Positions 17,928 to 26,989 of a stretch of 40,645 nucleotides of DNA are shown here, in pieces. The DNA comes from a virus. A program made the translations under genes and the position numbers. The stretch lies in IMG/VR virus record IMGVR_UViG_3300028840_000558, one strand, 5' to 3'. Every line of letters begins with the position of its first letter. Position 1 is the stretch's first letter. The notes under the pieces are model-generated. The model had not been told where the DNA came from, made no database searches, and was given only the letters and a program-made list of their open reading frames with translations.

Positions 17928-17956
17928 ATTATACCATAAATACAATACTATGCAAG
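17928..17956 (-). promoter_or_regulatory. Extended -10 promoter (TGGTATAAT) with a weak -35 (TTGCAT)
   Basis: TATAAT at 17933..17928, TGG at 17936..17934, and TTGCAT 16 nt upstream. Confidence 0.5.
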
Positions 17957-17963
17957 CGGTTTA

Positions 17964-18173
17964 TTATGTTGGAAAAATTTCCACAGGTAAATTCAAATTC
18001 CCCAAATGTTCACCTGCATATTTACCGATATAATAGGCCGCCACAACAACCTCAATAGGATTTTCAAAATCAATCGGTTGTCCAAATATAGAACTCCTAT
18101 CCATTCTACTAATTATCTTTTCATATTGTCTATCAATGTATCCTCGACGTTCCCTGTCAATAACCTCGCTCAT
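17964..18173 (-). CDS. Hypothetical protein, 69 aa (AT-rich)
   Basis: ORF only. Confidence 0.45.
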   Translation of the reverse strand: MSEVIDRERRGYIDRQYEKIISRMDRSSIFGQPIDFENPIEVVVAAYYIGKYAGEHLGNLNLPVEIFPT

Positions 18174-18176
18174 ATA

Positions 18177-18635
18177 TTACCTTTCCAGTGCCTTCTGCAC
18201 TTCTTTCTGAACGAACTCAATTACCCTATTAGCCTCTTCCTTCGCTACTTGCTCGGTGGTCTTCCACCCGCGTTGTTTATGGAAAGACGCCTGCTGGTCT
18301 CCCTGGACAAATGGACCATATGACACATTGTTCCCCACAATCTGCCCGAGACCGCCGCTTGTTGCGCGAGTAGTCCATTTCTTGCCCAGGGTCTCACTGG
18401 TTTTGCGCCCTCCAATTGAGCCGTCAGCGCGCCTCCACCTGGGACCATAACCGCGCTCGTACCATCTACGCTGTGCCGGACTGTTAGCGCTGGTCGCCGG
18501 TGGGTATTGCGCTATCTTGCCCTTGACGTGTTCGGCGGCAGCTTTTAGCGCGGTCTTGACCGGCTGGAGGTCTTTTAGCCTCTCCAGTTTGCCCATCAGT
18601 TTGTCTAGCCCTTCAATGCGTACTGCGGTTGTCAT
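18177..18635 (-). CDS. HK97 gp10-like head-tail component
   Basis: MTTAVRIEGLDKLMGKLERLKD...VSYGPFV resembles the gp10-family N-terminus. Confidence 0.5.
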   Translation of the reverse strand: MTTAVRIEGLDKLMGKLERLKDLQPVKTALKAAAEHVKGKIAQYPPATSANSPAQRRWYERGYGPRWRRADGSIGGRKTSETLGKKWTTRATSGGLGQIVGNNVSYGPFVQGDQQASFHKQRGWKTTEQVAKEEANRVIEFVQKEVQKALER

Positions 18636-19297
18636 TTTTGTAACTCATACGTTACCCAGCACCTACACCTGGGATGCATCGGCGGGTAAACGCCATCGGT
18701 AATCTCTTTATTGTGCCTGGGACCACATAGCGGGCATACCAGCTCGTCGTTGTTCGTCTGCCACATGGGGATCATGCGTATGCCCTGGTTCGCCAGTTCC
18801 CGCGCCATTCCCTGCTCGCCTTCGCTGGCGGCGCGGGTGATTTCTGTCACCGCGATGTTCTCTGCCCTTGAAGGTCCAAAACCGGCGCGCATGATTTGTT
18901 CCTCAAGTTCGCCCCTGGTCAACGCATCCCGATAGTAGCGACTGACCGCATTAGCTACCCGATCCCTGGTGGTTCGGTCGATACCCCTTACCAGTTCACC
19001 CGTGTACTGCGCTGCCCAATCTGCAGCGCGCTCATTGACCAGTGACCAGTCAATACCAATATCGAGCCCCTCGCTAATCATCATTTGCGCCGCATCCAAA
19101 TATACCCTCTCCCCAAAAGGGCGCAGCACTCTCAACAATTCCTGGGCTTCATCGTCCCAAAACTCAGGCGGTATATTATCTAGGCTGGGCGGGTCTCCCA
19201 GTTTCTCCAGCAGGTTTCCCCCGTACTTCTGCAGCAAGCGCGATAATGCCCTGGTGTACTGCCGTTCTAACTCGTCACGGTTCGGAATTGGGGGCAT
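18632..19297 (-). CDS. Head morphogenesis protein (SPP1 gp7 / Mu F-like)
   Basis: C-terminal ...ELVCPLCGPRHNKEI...PPMHPRCRCWV. Confidence 0.75.
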   Translation of the reverse strand: MPPIPNRDELERQYTRALSRLLQKYGGNLLEKLGDPPSLDNIPPEFWDDEAQELLRVLRPFGERVYLDAAQMMISEGLDIGIDWSLVNERAADWAAQYTGELVRGIDRTTRDRVANAVSRYYRDALTRGELEEQIMRAGFGPSRAENIAVTEITRAASEGEQGMARELANQGIRMIPMWQTNNDELVCPLCGPRHNKEITDGVYPPMHPRCRCWVTYELQK

Positions 19298-20833
19298 TTA
19301 CGGGTATCCATTCCATGCCAGGGCATCACTAAATATGCGCTTTACAGCGTCCTTGCTGACCGCAGATTCCAATGCTCCAATTATAGCACTGTTCAGCGAC
19401 TGCGGAATTACATCACTTTCGAACTCCACCGCCGGGGGCTTGCTGCGCTTGATGGCATTTAGCGCCTTGCGCTGCCATTTCGCGACCTCCACCTCGAACT
19501 CGCTCTCCTCCGGTGGGCTCTCCTCTTCTTCGCTGGTAGTCTCTTCCTCGGGTGCTTCCTGGGGCGGTAGCTGCAGTTGGGGTGGGATCTCCTGTTCTTC
19601 GCCCCTGGATACCGCCATCGATACCGGAGCAGCGCCAATCTGCGCGGGCAGCAGTAATCCACGGTCGTCGCCGATCTCCACATCCCCGTAAAACTCCTGG
19701 CGAATTTCATTGACTGTATGCGTCATTGAGAATACGCGCTGCTCCTCCAGCTCCAACGCACGGTCGACCTGGCGCGGGTCATCGAACACAGCAAACAGGT
19801 TCTCCCCGTAAAGCGGCAGCAGAACATTGGTGATTTTGGCGGCAATATCGACCAAAAGCGGCCAGATGGTCATTTCTAAAAACGTCTGCTTTCCTGCCTT
19901 GGCGTTGGCCTCGGTCGCGTTCACGTCCAGTATGGATGCAAGTCCTGGGGCATACACGCTATAAATCTCCTCTTTGTTGAATTTGCGCCCCAGGATAAAT
20001 TCCATGTCCCGGTGTCCAATAGCAGACTGCAACCACTCGACGCCGCCCTTGCCGACATTGCGGAGCATGAGATAATTGCGTTTTGCGGATTGACTGTCAA
20101 TCTGGTTCTGCAGTTTGATCCACTGCAAATCGTTGATGGGGTCAGCAAACGCCAGTATACCGGGGATGCGTGCGTTCGATTTATACAGGCTGGTGTTGTA
20201 CTTCTGCATCTCCAAATCACCGACCGATACCTGCGCCAATGCCTCGATGGGGCTCATCCCCACAAACTCGTTCATCGGGTTATAGCGTTTGAAATGGACA
20301 ACCTCCCAGGTCTCTAGTGCGAAGGGCTCGGTGCCACCGCCTGGATCGTATACGTACCCTTTTAGATACAACTTGTTGTCAGGGACTGGCATGATCTTGT
20401 AAGACGGGATCACCCATATCTCAGCGGGCGTCGCATTCTCGCTTGTCTTATTCAACCACCAGTAGGCATTTCCGGTCAGCGCGTGGAAACTGAACGTAGC
20501 GACCAGGAACTCGAAGCGGCTCATCAGCGGGTTTGGGCTGTTCAGTTTCAACTCGAACTCGTGGTTATCGATGTCCTCCAGTTCTTCTCCCTGCTTCTTG
20601 AGCTTTTTTATACTGAGCTTCTGGATCGCCGCAGTCTGCGCGGTGCGCTCCACCGCTGACAACACCCAGGATAAGCGCCGGTACAAATCAGCCTGGTTCT
20701 CGTACATCCCCGCATCGGGCATATCCCAGGCCTCGTGACCAGCCATTGCCAGCAGGTGTGGCGCGCTGGTCTCGCGCGCTTTCCTGAATGTCCCGTAATT
20801 ACTCGCTACAATCGCTGCCCTATTGTTGTTCAT
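19298..20833 (-). CDS. Portal protein
   Basis: 511 aa between the terminase and the MuF-like gene, with an acidic C-terminal tail. Confidence 0.8.
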   Translation of the reverse strand: MNNNRAAIVASNYGTFRKARETSAPHLLAMAGHEAWDMPDAGMYENQADLYRRLSWVLSAVERTAQTAAIQKLSIKKLKKQGEELEDIDNHEFELKLNSPNPLMSRFEFLVATFSFHALTGNAYWWLNKTSENATPAEIWVIPSYKIMPVPDNKLYLKGYVYDPGGGTEPFALETWEVVHFKRYNPMNEFVGMSPIEALAQVSVGDLEMQKYNTSLYKSNARIPGILAFADPINDLQWIKLQNQIDSQSAKRNYLMLRNVGKGGVEWLQSAIGHRDMEFILGRKFNKEEIYSVYAPGLASILDVNATEANAKAGKQTFLEMTIWPLLVDIAAKITNVLLPLYGENLFAVFDDPRQVDRALELEEQRVFSMTHTVNEIRQEFYGDVEIGDDRGLLLPAQIGAAPVSMAVSRGEEQEIPPQLQLPPQEAPEEETTSEEEESPPEESEFEVEVAKWQRKALNAIKRSKPPAVEFESDVIPQSLNSAIIGALESAVSKDAVKRIFSDALAWNGYP

Positions 20834-21081
20834 ATCTCCTCCCCGCTCAATACTACGTGGATGGTATCGATCTCCTGCAGCGGGAACGTGATCTCGGTCG
20901 GGTGGTTGTCCAGCATGATCTCAAATGTGCCAATCAGCCTGCCTCTGCGATACTCCTTCAATAACCGCTGGTACTCGCTCCACTCTGTCACCCCGATAAA
21001 CGGAGCCCGCTGCCCCTCCGCTGTTGGCTTGAAATGAATTGCTATGTCATAAGAGTCCTTTTTATTCATAAGTTCCCGCAA
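20830..21081 (-). CDS. Hypothetical protein, 83 aa
   Basis: ORF overlapping TerL and the portal gene. Confidence 0.5.
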   Translation of the reverse strand: MRELMNKKDSYDIAIHFKPTAEGQRAPFIGVTEWSEYQRLLKEYRRGRLIGTFEIMLDNHPTEITFPLQEIDTIHVVLSGEEI

Positions 21082-22330
21082 ATCCTACTAATGATGCTCC
21101 GACCGGCATACCAATATGCTGTATACAGTAGCGCAGTGCATCAATGCGGTGGTATTTCTCTTTGTCCTTGATCTTCTCGGTCGGTTGTCCAAACTCATCT
21201 AAAACCCTCGAATAACGTCCAATCTCATCAATCAATCCAATACAGGTATCAAAAATAAACAATCGCTTAGTTTTCAACAATTCTATTATCCTATCAATAC
21301 CAGCCTCCACATCGATAATTACTGGCTCAGATACCGGGACACCCGCGTCATGCCAATCCATGCGTTGCTGTTCTTCTCCTTTCGCACCGCCCGCCCATTT
21401 GACTACATTTTCTCCTTTTGCGTTATTGAGCGCCTCTCTTGCGTGCTGCCTAGTAGTCATGCCGCCTTCCAGACTTTCCCGGTAAATAAAGAATACATTG
21501 CGCTCCAAATCTTCAACTACCCAAATCAACGCAGTATTTACCGCTCCGAAGTCCACACCAACATACCGCGGCCATTCCGGGGACAGAGCGAAGGGCTTGA
21601 TCTTGTGGATTGTCTCGTCATAATCCACCAAGATCATCCCGGCTGGGCGCTCAAAGTTGCCGCGATACATCATCTCAAACTTCCACTTTGGAAGTACTCT
21701 GCGCGCCCGCTCGAACTCTTCCTCAGGGAACGATGGGTTCATTACGCTCTCGAACTGAAACACAGCATAATCGCCATCGCCACCTCGCCAGCGATCATAC
21801 ACCTGCGACTTTAGCCAACCCATATTGTAGACCGTGGTAGATCCCAATACGCGCCCCTGGGAAAGACTTAACCGGCGCTGTACCGCCTCCCACGCCTGGA
21901 GAGTGAAGTCGTCTTGACCGCATTCGTCCAACCAGGCTGCTTTAGCCGTTGCCGCCTCCAACCCACCTTCGCTGGTCGCTGCCCTTAGTATGATGCGGGT
22001 ATCCCCTGCGTTGTTGTATATTACCCGGTCAGTTTTGTGGTAGCTCCAATCTGGAATATAACCGCCGAATACCCGCAGCAATTCAGGTAGCATCTTCAGT
22101 TTGAAAAGATCGTATGTCGCTGTTACCGCTAAATAATCTCCTGGTCCACAAGTCTCAATTTCGCGCCGCAGCCACCAGGGACCAAAAGTAGTCTTTCCTG
22201 ACTGCGTCCCTGCAATGATCCAGGTAAAACGCCGGTCGCTATCATAGGCTCTAGATTGACCTGGGTGAAAATTGAGGCGCAGTTTATTACCGACCAACTC
22301 AACCAGTTCATTCGCCATAGTCCTTGACAA
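21062..22330 (-). CDS. terL: Terminase large subunit
   Basis: Walker A IIAGTQSGKTT and Walker B AAWLDECG, with a C-terminal nuclease-like half. Confidence 0.85.
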   Translation of the reverse strand: MSRTMANELVELVGNKLRLNFHPGQSRAYDSDRRFTWIIAGTQSGKTTFGPWWLRREIETCGPGDYLAVTATYDLFKLKMLPELLRVFGGYIPDWSYHKTDRVIYNNAGDTRIILRAATSEGGLEAATAKAAWLDECGQDDFTLQAWEAVQRRLSLSQGRVLGSTTVYNMGWLKSQVYDRWRGGDGDYAVFQFESVMNPSFPEEEFERARRVLPKWKFEMMYRGNFERPAGMILVDYDETIHKIKPFALSPEWPRYVGVDFGAVNTALIWVVEDLERNVFFIYRESLEGGMTTRQHAREALNNAKGENVVKWAGGAKGEEQQRMDWHDAGVPVSEPVIIDVEAGIDRIIELLKTKRLFIFDTCIGLIDEIGRYSRVLDEFGQPTEKIKDKEKYHRIDALRYCIQHIGMPVGASLVGFAGTYE

Positions 22331-22667
22331 TCTCTATCGTCTCAATTCGTACAGGAGTGCCCTCCTTGCCTGTATGTTCTACGCGCTCTACATATCCGCG
22401 GTTTTTACATTGCGTCTTAAGATAGAAAATAATTGCTGTAATGTTTCCACCATCAACCGCCTTTAGCAATGCATTTTCAACGTAGTCGTGTCGCTTCTCC
22501 CTGGTGTCCTCCAGTGCCTGTTTGGCAGTAGCATACTGGTTGAGATAGCGGTAAAAAGTGGAGCGCGAGACGCCTAGAATATCAGCCGCCTTGGACGCAA
22601 ACCCGCGGCTCTTCTCGATTGCGTCTATCATCTGCTCTGCTGTCCTATGATTAAAGTTTTTAGCCAT
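22308..22667 (-). CDS. terS: Terminase small subunit (HTH)
   Basis: AADILGVSRSTFYRYL and ...ITAIIFYLKTQCKNRGY, directly upstream of TerL. Confidence 0.7.
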   Translation of the reverse strand: MAKNFNHRTAEQMIDAIEKSRGFASKAADILGVSRSTFYRYLNQYATAKQALEDTREKRHDYVENALLKAVDGGNITAIIFYLKTQCKNRGYVERVEHTGKEGTPVRIETIEIVKDYGE

Positions 22668-22685
22668 CTCTTTTTTATAGGTGTC

Positions 22686-24236
22686 CTATTTGTCCTTTAT
22701 TTCAATATCACCACATTCCACATCGCCATACTGCTTAATCGCCTTCGGATCACCCTTATAAAATATCAATACGTTTTGATGGGTCTTTCCCAGCTTGCGG
22801 TATCCCTGGAACTGTTTACCAACTCTAATAGTCAACGATCCCACAGCCGTTACTAATATAGCCTCGTTATATAATTCCATACCCGCTCTTTGAAATGCGT
22901 CAATGGTATCACTCACGAAATTACGATAGAATCCTTGTTTATCCCGTAAATCCCCAACCACAAAACAGGCAAAACGATTGTCTTTTAGCATTGATATACT
23001 AGAGGCTACAATAGATCGATATTGGCTTATAAACTCCTCATAAGAACTAAGTGCTGATAATTCTCCGGGCAAATCGCTGTAAATTTCAAGATTGTAATAT
23101 GGTGGACACGAAAAGACAAAATCATATTCTCCTGAAGCCAAATCAATGACATTTATACTATCTCCGACAATCCAAGTTGGAGATAGGTCTAGATTCTCCG
23201 CTTGTTTCTTATTTGCCACTACCTGCTCCGGGCGCAGTTCAATACCTGTATACTTATAACCGAGATACTCGGCCACAATGCCCCGTACACTTCCACCGGA
23301 AAATGGGTCTAATATCATTGCGTTATTGGAGGGACAGAACCAGCGATAGGCGAGTTCGCATAAAACAGGATCAAAGATACTTGTGCCAGTTTGCGTAACT
23401 TCTGCTACTTTTGGCGTTGATTCTGCCGTTCCTCCATGCCATAAATTGCCCTTCAATTGTGATCCTGTCCTCATAAAATCTCGATTTTTATAGTCGCATG
23501 ATAACTCTCCTGGTCCCCCGCTGTTGTAGACAACAGCGGATTGTCGTTGTCTGTCAAACCGCTTCGCAGTTCCTTTCGTGCCACCATAATTTAGCGAACC
23601 ATCAGCATTCTGCGTCACAGTTGGGGGATGCGGGGGTTTGCAACCTTCTCCACGTCCTAACTCACTTTGAATCCCCAACGATAACCAAGCGTTCTTTCGC
23701 TCCTGCCAATATCCCTGACGCGCATCTAGCACACTAAAAGGCGGCACAATAAACCGTTCTGCTAGTGTCTGCGCCCCAGGGTCTTCCGGCGGCTCTTCAC
23801 TATCCCACAGCGTCAAGTCCAGTTCTTGTGGTTCAAAACCCCAATTCAATAAATCATCCACCTCAAAGTTGTTAGCCAGCAGATCAAAATCCCATTCGCC
23901 CGCCGCGCCCTTGTGCAGGAACACAGTCAACTTCTTTCGCTCATCCTCGGTCAGTTCCCTGGATGCAACCCGGCAATCTACCTCATAATCTGGACCATGC
24001 TCGTCAATCCAGACGTTTAGCCGCTGGTGTCCATTGTAAATTTCGTTGTCTGGACCGATAGCGATTGTCTCCACCTGGGAGAACTCATCTAGCGACTGGC
24101 TCAATCGCTGCGCCTGGTCTTTCTTTATTTGGCGCGGGTTTATCGGCCAGGGGATTAGATCGCCTAACCTGCGTTTTTCATTCGTCCAGATAATACCGTT
24201 GCTGCTCACCTCGTACACCTGATAATTCCCCAGCAC
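22686..24236 (-). CDS. ParB-like nuclease domain fused to an N6A/N4C-type DNA methyltransferase
   Basis: The N-terminus has ...IYNGHQRL (ParB-type). The C-terminus has motif I ILDPFSGGSVRG and motif IV FSCPPYYN. The GTG start is uncertain (24236 or 24218). Confidence 0.75.
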   Translation of the reverse strand: MLGNYQVYEVSSNGIIWTNEKRRLGDLIPWPINPRQIKKDQAQRLSQSLDEFSQVETIAIGPDNEIYNGHQRLNVWIDEHGPDYEVDCRVASRELTEDERKKLTVFLHKGAAGEWDFDLLANNFEVDDLLNWGFEPQELDLTLWDSEEPPEDPGAQTLAERFIVPPFSVLDARQGYWQERKNAWLSLGIQSELGRGEGCKPPHPPTVTQNADGSLNYGGTKGTAKRFDRQRQSAVVYNSGGPGELSCDYKNRDFMRTGSQLKGNLWHGGTAESTPKVAEVTQTGTSIFDPVLCELAYRWFCPSNNAMILDPFSGGSVRGIVAEYLGYKYTGIELRPEQVVANKKQAENLDLSPTWIVGDSINVIDLASGEYDFVFSCPPYYNLEIYSDLPGELSALSSYEEFISQYRSIVASSISMLKDNRFACFVVGDLRDKQGFYRNFVSDTIDAFQRAGMELYNEAILVTAVGSLTIRVGKQFQGYRKLGKTHQNVLIFYKGDPKAIKQYGDVECGDIEIKDK

Positions 24237-24532
24237 TCCAGCGTATTACCCTCGGAGCTGGTGAATTTGACCTCCAGTCTGTAATCGTAATTCTGCGTAA
24301 GTCCAGTCACTAGCGGAGTAGTGATCACCTGCCCGCTGGCGCTCGCGCTCCCTGACAGCATAGTTGAACTGCGGTCGGTATTGGTGCTGTTGGGATCTTC
24401 GTACAGTTTCACCGATAGGCTGGACAACGTGGACGTTCCCCAGGAGGTGGGTATCGTAATTGCATAAGCGATCGACTCGTCTGCGCCCTGCTCGAAGGGG
24501 CTCTCTTTTATCCTGCGGTCTTTGTAGGTCAT
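24206..24532 (-). CDS. Hypothetical Ser/Thr-rich beta protein, 108 aa
   Basis: ORF only. Confidence 0.5.
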   Translation of the reverse strand: MTYKDRRIKESPFEQGADESIAYAITIPTSWGTSTLSSLSVKLYEDPNSTNTDRSSTMLSGSASASGQVITTPLVTGLTQNYDYRLEVKFTSSEGNTLECWGIIRCTR

Positions 24533-24747
24533 GGTCTATCCTCCACGGTTGCTGTACCAAACTGTCGGATACGCAAATCGGCGCTCCCAAACTGGCGGTC
24601 GGGCAACGACGCAGATCCAAACGAACGCGCTCCCAATGTGGCATCAATCACGCCAATTACACCCACATTCAAGCCGAACAATATAAAATGCTCAATGTCC
24701 GATGGTGTGCCAATTCCCAGGGTGATAATCTGGTCAATGTCAGCCAT
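24529..24747 (-). CDS. Hypothetical protein with three RxFGxA repeats, 72 aa
   Basis: RSFGSASLPDRQFGSADLRIRQFGTATVEDR. Confidence 0.5.
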   Translation of the reverse strand: MADIDQIITLGIGTPSDIEHFILFGLNVGVIGVIDATLGARSFGSASLPDRQFGSADLRIRQFGTATVEDRP

Positions 24748-25730
24748 TAGGTCGCCCTCGTGATGCTAGTCGGGTTAGTGGCATCGTCCAACGTAAAGGT
24801 CATTGCGGTAGTGCTCCCGTCCAGTTTCTTGACGGTAACGGTCGTGGTCGCTACTGCCCGCTCCTGTAAGAACTGCTGGATTGCGAATACTGCCTGGGCG
24901 AGGGTCGGAGCTGCTCCGTCGGTGGCGTAGGATTCGGTCATCGCTACCGTCAAAACGCCCGCCGCGATTTCCGTAACCGCATCGGCGGCAAGTTCACTCG
25001 CGCCAATCGCATTAGCCGCTATCTTGGCGGCGGTAATCGCATCGTTCGCCAGGACTACCCCATCCGTCCCAGTATCAGCTACAATTGCATCAACGATCCC
25101 ATCTACTACGGCTATCTCGTCGCTCAAGGTCTCCAGCGTGTCACTATCCGCGCCGGTTCGTGCGACTGCGGTCGATCCACTATCCGAAGATGCAAGCGGA
25201 AACGCTGTACTCTCATCAAACTTAGCCGAGGTGATAGCATCATTCGCCAGGGATACTCCATTCGTGACTGCGGTCACGGTCGGAACGGTAATGTTGGTCA
25301 GCGTGGTCGCTCCCGAAGCCGCCTTGATGTTGTTGAAGTCCAGCCCAGCCTCGCCGGTGGCTGCCACATCCAAGCGCGCGGCGGGATCTTCCCACCACTC
25401 AACGCGGGTATCCGGCGTGGTCGTATCCCCCGATGCGCCGGTCAGATATACCTTGACTATATCGGTATTAGATACCGGGATGTGGATTGACGGGAACATA
25501 ATCGAGGTCACGCCAGACGCGACGCTTTCGGTAGTGATTGGCGTCTTGTACGCGCTCCCCGCTCCCGCAAGTTGTACGGTGGCATAGACCACATAATCAT
25601 CATTGCCCGCCACCTGGTCAGCGAATACGCGAATCAGCAAATGCCGCGCGGCATCGGCGGTATAACTGCCAATCTCCAGCGCGCTCGATATGTTCTGGTT
25701 AGATAAAGTATCGGTTTCTAATAGTGCCAT
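24747..25730 (-). CDS. Fibre-like Ala/Thr/Asp-rich protein, 327 aa
   Basis: Repeated LANDAIT(S/A)AK motif and low-complexity Thr/Ala/Val tracts. Confidence 0.5.
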   Translation of the reverse strand: MALLETDTLSNQNISSALEIGSYTADAARHLLIRVFADQVAGNDDYVVYATVQLAGAGSAYKTPITTESVASGVTSIMFPSIHIPVSNTDIVKVYLTGASGDTTTPDTRVEWWEDPAARLDVAATGEAGLDFNNIKAASGATTLTNITVPTVTAVTNGVSLANDAITSAKFDESTAFPLASSDSGSTAVARTGADSDTLETLSDEIAVVDGIVDAIVADTGTDGVVLANDAITAAKIAANAIGASELAADAVTEIAAGVLTVAMTESYATDGAAPTLAQAVFAIQQFLQERAVATTTVTVKKLDGSTTAMTFTLDDATNPTSITRAT

Positions 25731-25827
25731 TTCCCACCTCGCTTATAGATGCGTTTAACTACCCGGTCAATGATGCGGTCAATCAGCGCATCTAATTTCT
25801 GGAACAACCATTCTTTCAAACGCATTC

Positions 25828-26073
25828 TCATTCTAACGCGTCGATTTCCGATACCTTCGCTGACCGTGCTGACTGCAATGCTACCAACTCGCCCTGGTAT
25901 CCCTGATGCGATACGTCGCGTTCCGATTCCTTCTTGCGGATCTCGCTTTCGATCTGCGCCAGTTCGGTCTCAAGAGCCGCGCGTTGCAAAAATACCTTAA
26001 ACTTCACCGCATCACCATCGAACGCCGATACAATCGCATCCACTACTGCGTTAATCTGTGCCTCTGTTGCCAT
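25828..26073 (-). CDS. Coiled-coil protein, 81 aa
   Basis: The ORF has a heptad-like pattern. Confidence 0.5.
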   Translation of the reverse strand: MATEAQINAVVDAIVSAFDGDAVKFKVFLQRAALETELAQIESEIRKKESERDVSHQGYQGELVALQSARSAKVSEIDALE

Positions 26074-26091
26074 TTTAGACCTCCTGTTAAA

Positions 26092-26718
26092 CTAAACCGA
26101 TACTACTGTAAAGTCATCGTATCGCTGATTGCTTGATGAGCCTCGAAATGAATAAAGGCCATGTTTTGTCTCAGACTGGTGGAGCGAATTGGAATAAGTT
26201 AGCTCATCTCCACCGTCAATCGTACAACTGATTGATGCTCCAGAAAGTGTTACCGCAATCGTATAAAAATCGCCTGACGTATAACTTCCAACACCCGTAC
26301 CCCGCACCGTCTTTGACCCTCCATCATTCTCGATAAGCGTCCAGTCGCCATTGTCCCTTATACACGCATACCAAAAGTTACTAATGTCCTTTACTCTGAA
26401 CGCAACTCCAGCCCGATTTATATAAACATCAACTTCACAAGATATGGAAACGTCTGCGTCAGATGTCTCTAAATAGGCAATGAAATCATTGTAATTTGTG
26501 TCATCCTGCGTTACAAAATTACCCCGCATCGTCCATATTCCTGCAAGTATCTGCCACCCGCCTCCGATTACGTCAATATCGGGTGTATGAGCCGCAATAC
26601 TCAATCCAGAGTCGCCAGTCATGGTGTCGTATGCAAGGGTTATGGGTGCCTCCTCCCCCGCACTCACCAGCGGACCAAACGGCGGCGGCATCACCCGCCC
26701 AAAGGGGGCGTTAAACAT
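26092..26718 (-). CDS. Jelly-roll (ConA/LamG-like lectin) protein, tentative
   Basis: Alternating beta pattern ...AGVAFRVKDISNFWYACIRDNGDWTLIENDGG...YTIAVTLSGASISCTIDG. Confidence 0.35.
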   Translation of the reverse strand: MFNAPFGRVMPPPFGPLVSAGEEAPITLAYDTMTGDSGLSIAAHTPDIDVIGGGWQILAGIWTMRGNFVTQDDTNYNDFIAYLETSDADVSISCEVDVYINRAGVAFRVKDISNFWYACIRDNGDWTLIENDGGSKTVRGTGVGSYTSGDFYTIAVTLSGASISCTIDGGDELTYSNSLHQSETKHGLYSFRGSSSNQRYDDFTVVSV

Positions 26719-26989
26719 CGTCCCTCCCGTTCCTTATCCAGCGGTAGACGTCCGCGTAGTGGGTCCCGCATAGCACATTCTCGCGCATCTCCAACTCACC
26801 ATCTTCAACCAGTTTCTTGAGAAGCGCCTTTGTTTTATCCCAACCCATGCGCCACTCTCTCGAGGCGTGTGTAACAGTAAACTCATTATCCATAATTGGC
26901 TCGGGCGCAATCTGGAGCGTATCAGCAATACTTTTTAGGATTTCCTGGCGAACTTCCTCAGCAGCCCTTTCTTTGATTTCCTCTCGCAT
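26711..26989 (-). CDS. Hypothetical protein (start moved to the ATG at 26989)
   Basis: AAGGAA RBS. The ORF-track start at 27034 would overlap the upstream gene by 100 nt. Confidence 0.45.
   Translation of the reverse strand: MREEIKERAAEEVRQEILKSIADTLQIAPEPIMDNEFTVTHASREWRMGWDKTKALLKKLVEDGELEMRENVLCGTHYADVYRWIRNGRDDV

Noticed and set aside
18969-19691. Long plus-strand ORFs: 18969..19691 (240 aa), 25024..25587, 15376..15870, 17236..17775 and 21350..21814.
   Set aside because: They are antisense shadows of well-supported minus-strand genes (MuF/portal, fibre-like, capsid, TerL). They have low-complexity Ser/Pro/Arg-rich products and no RBS.
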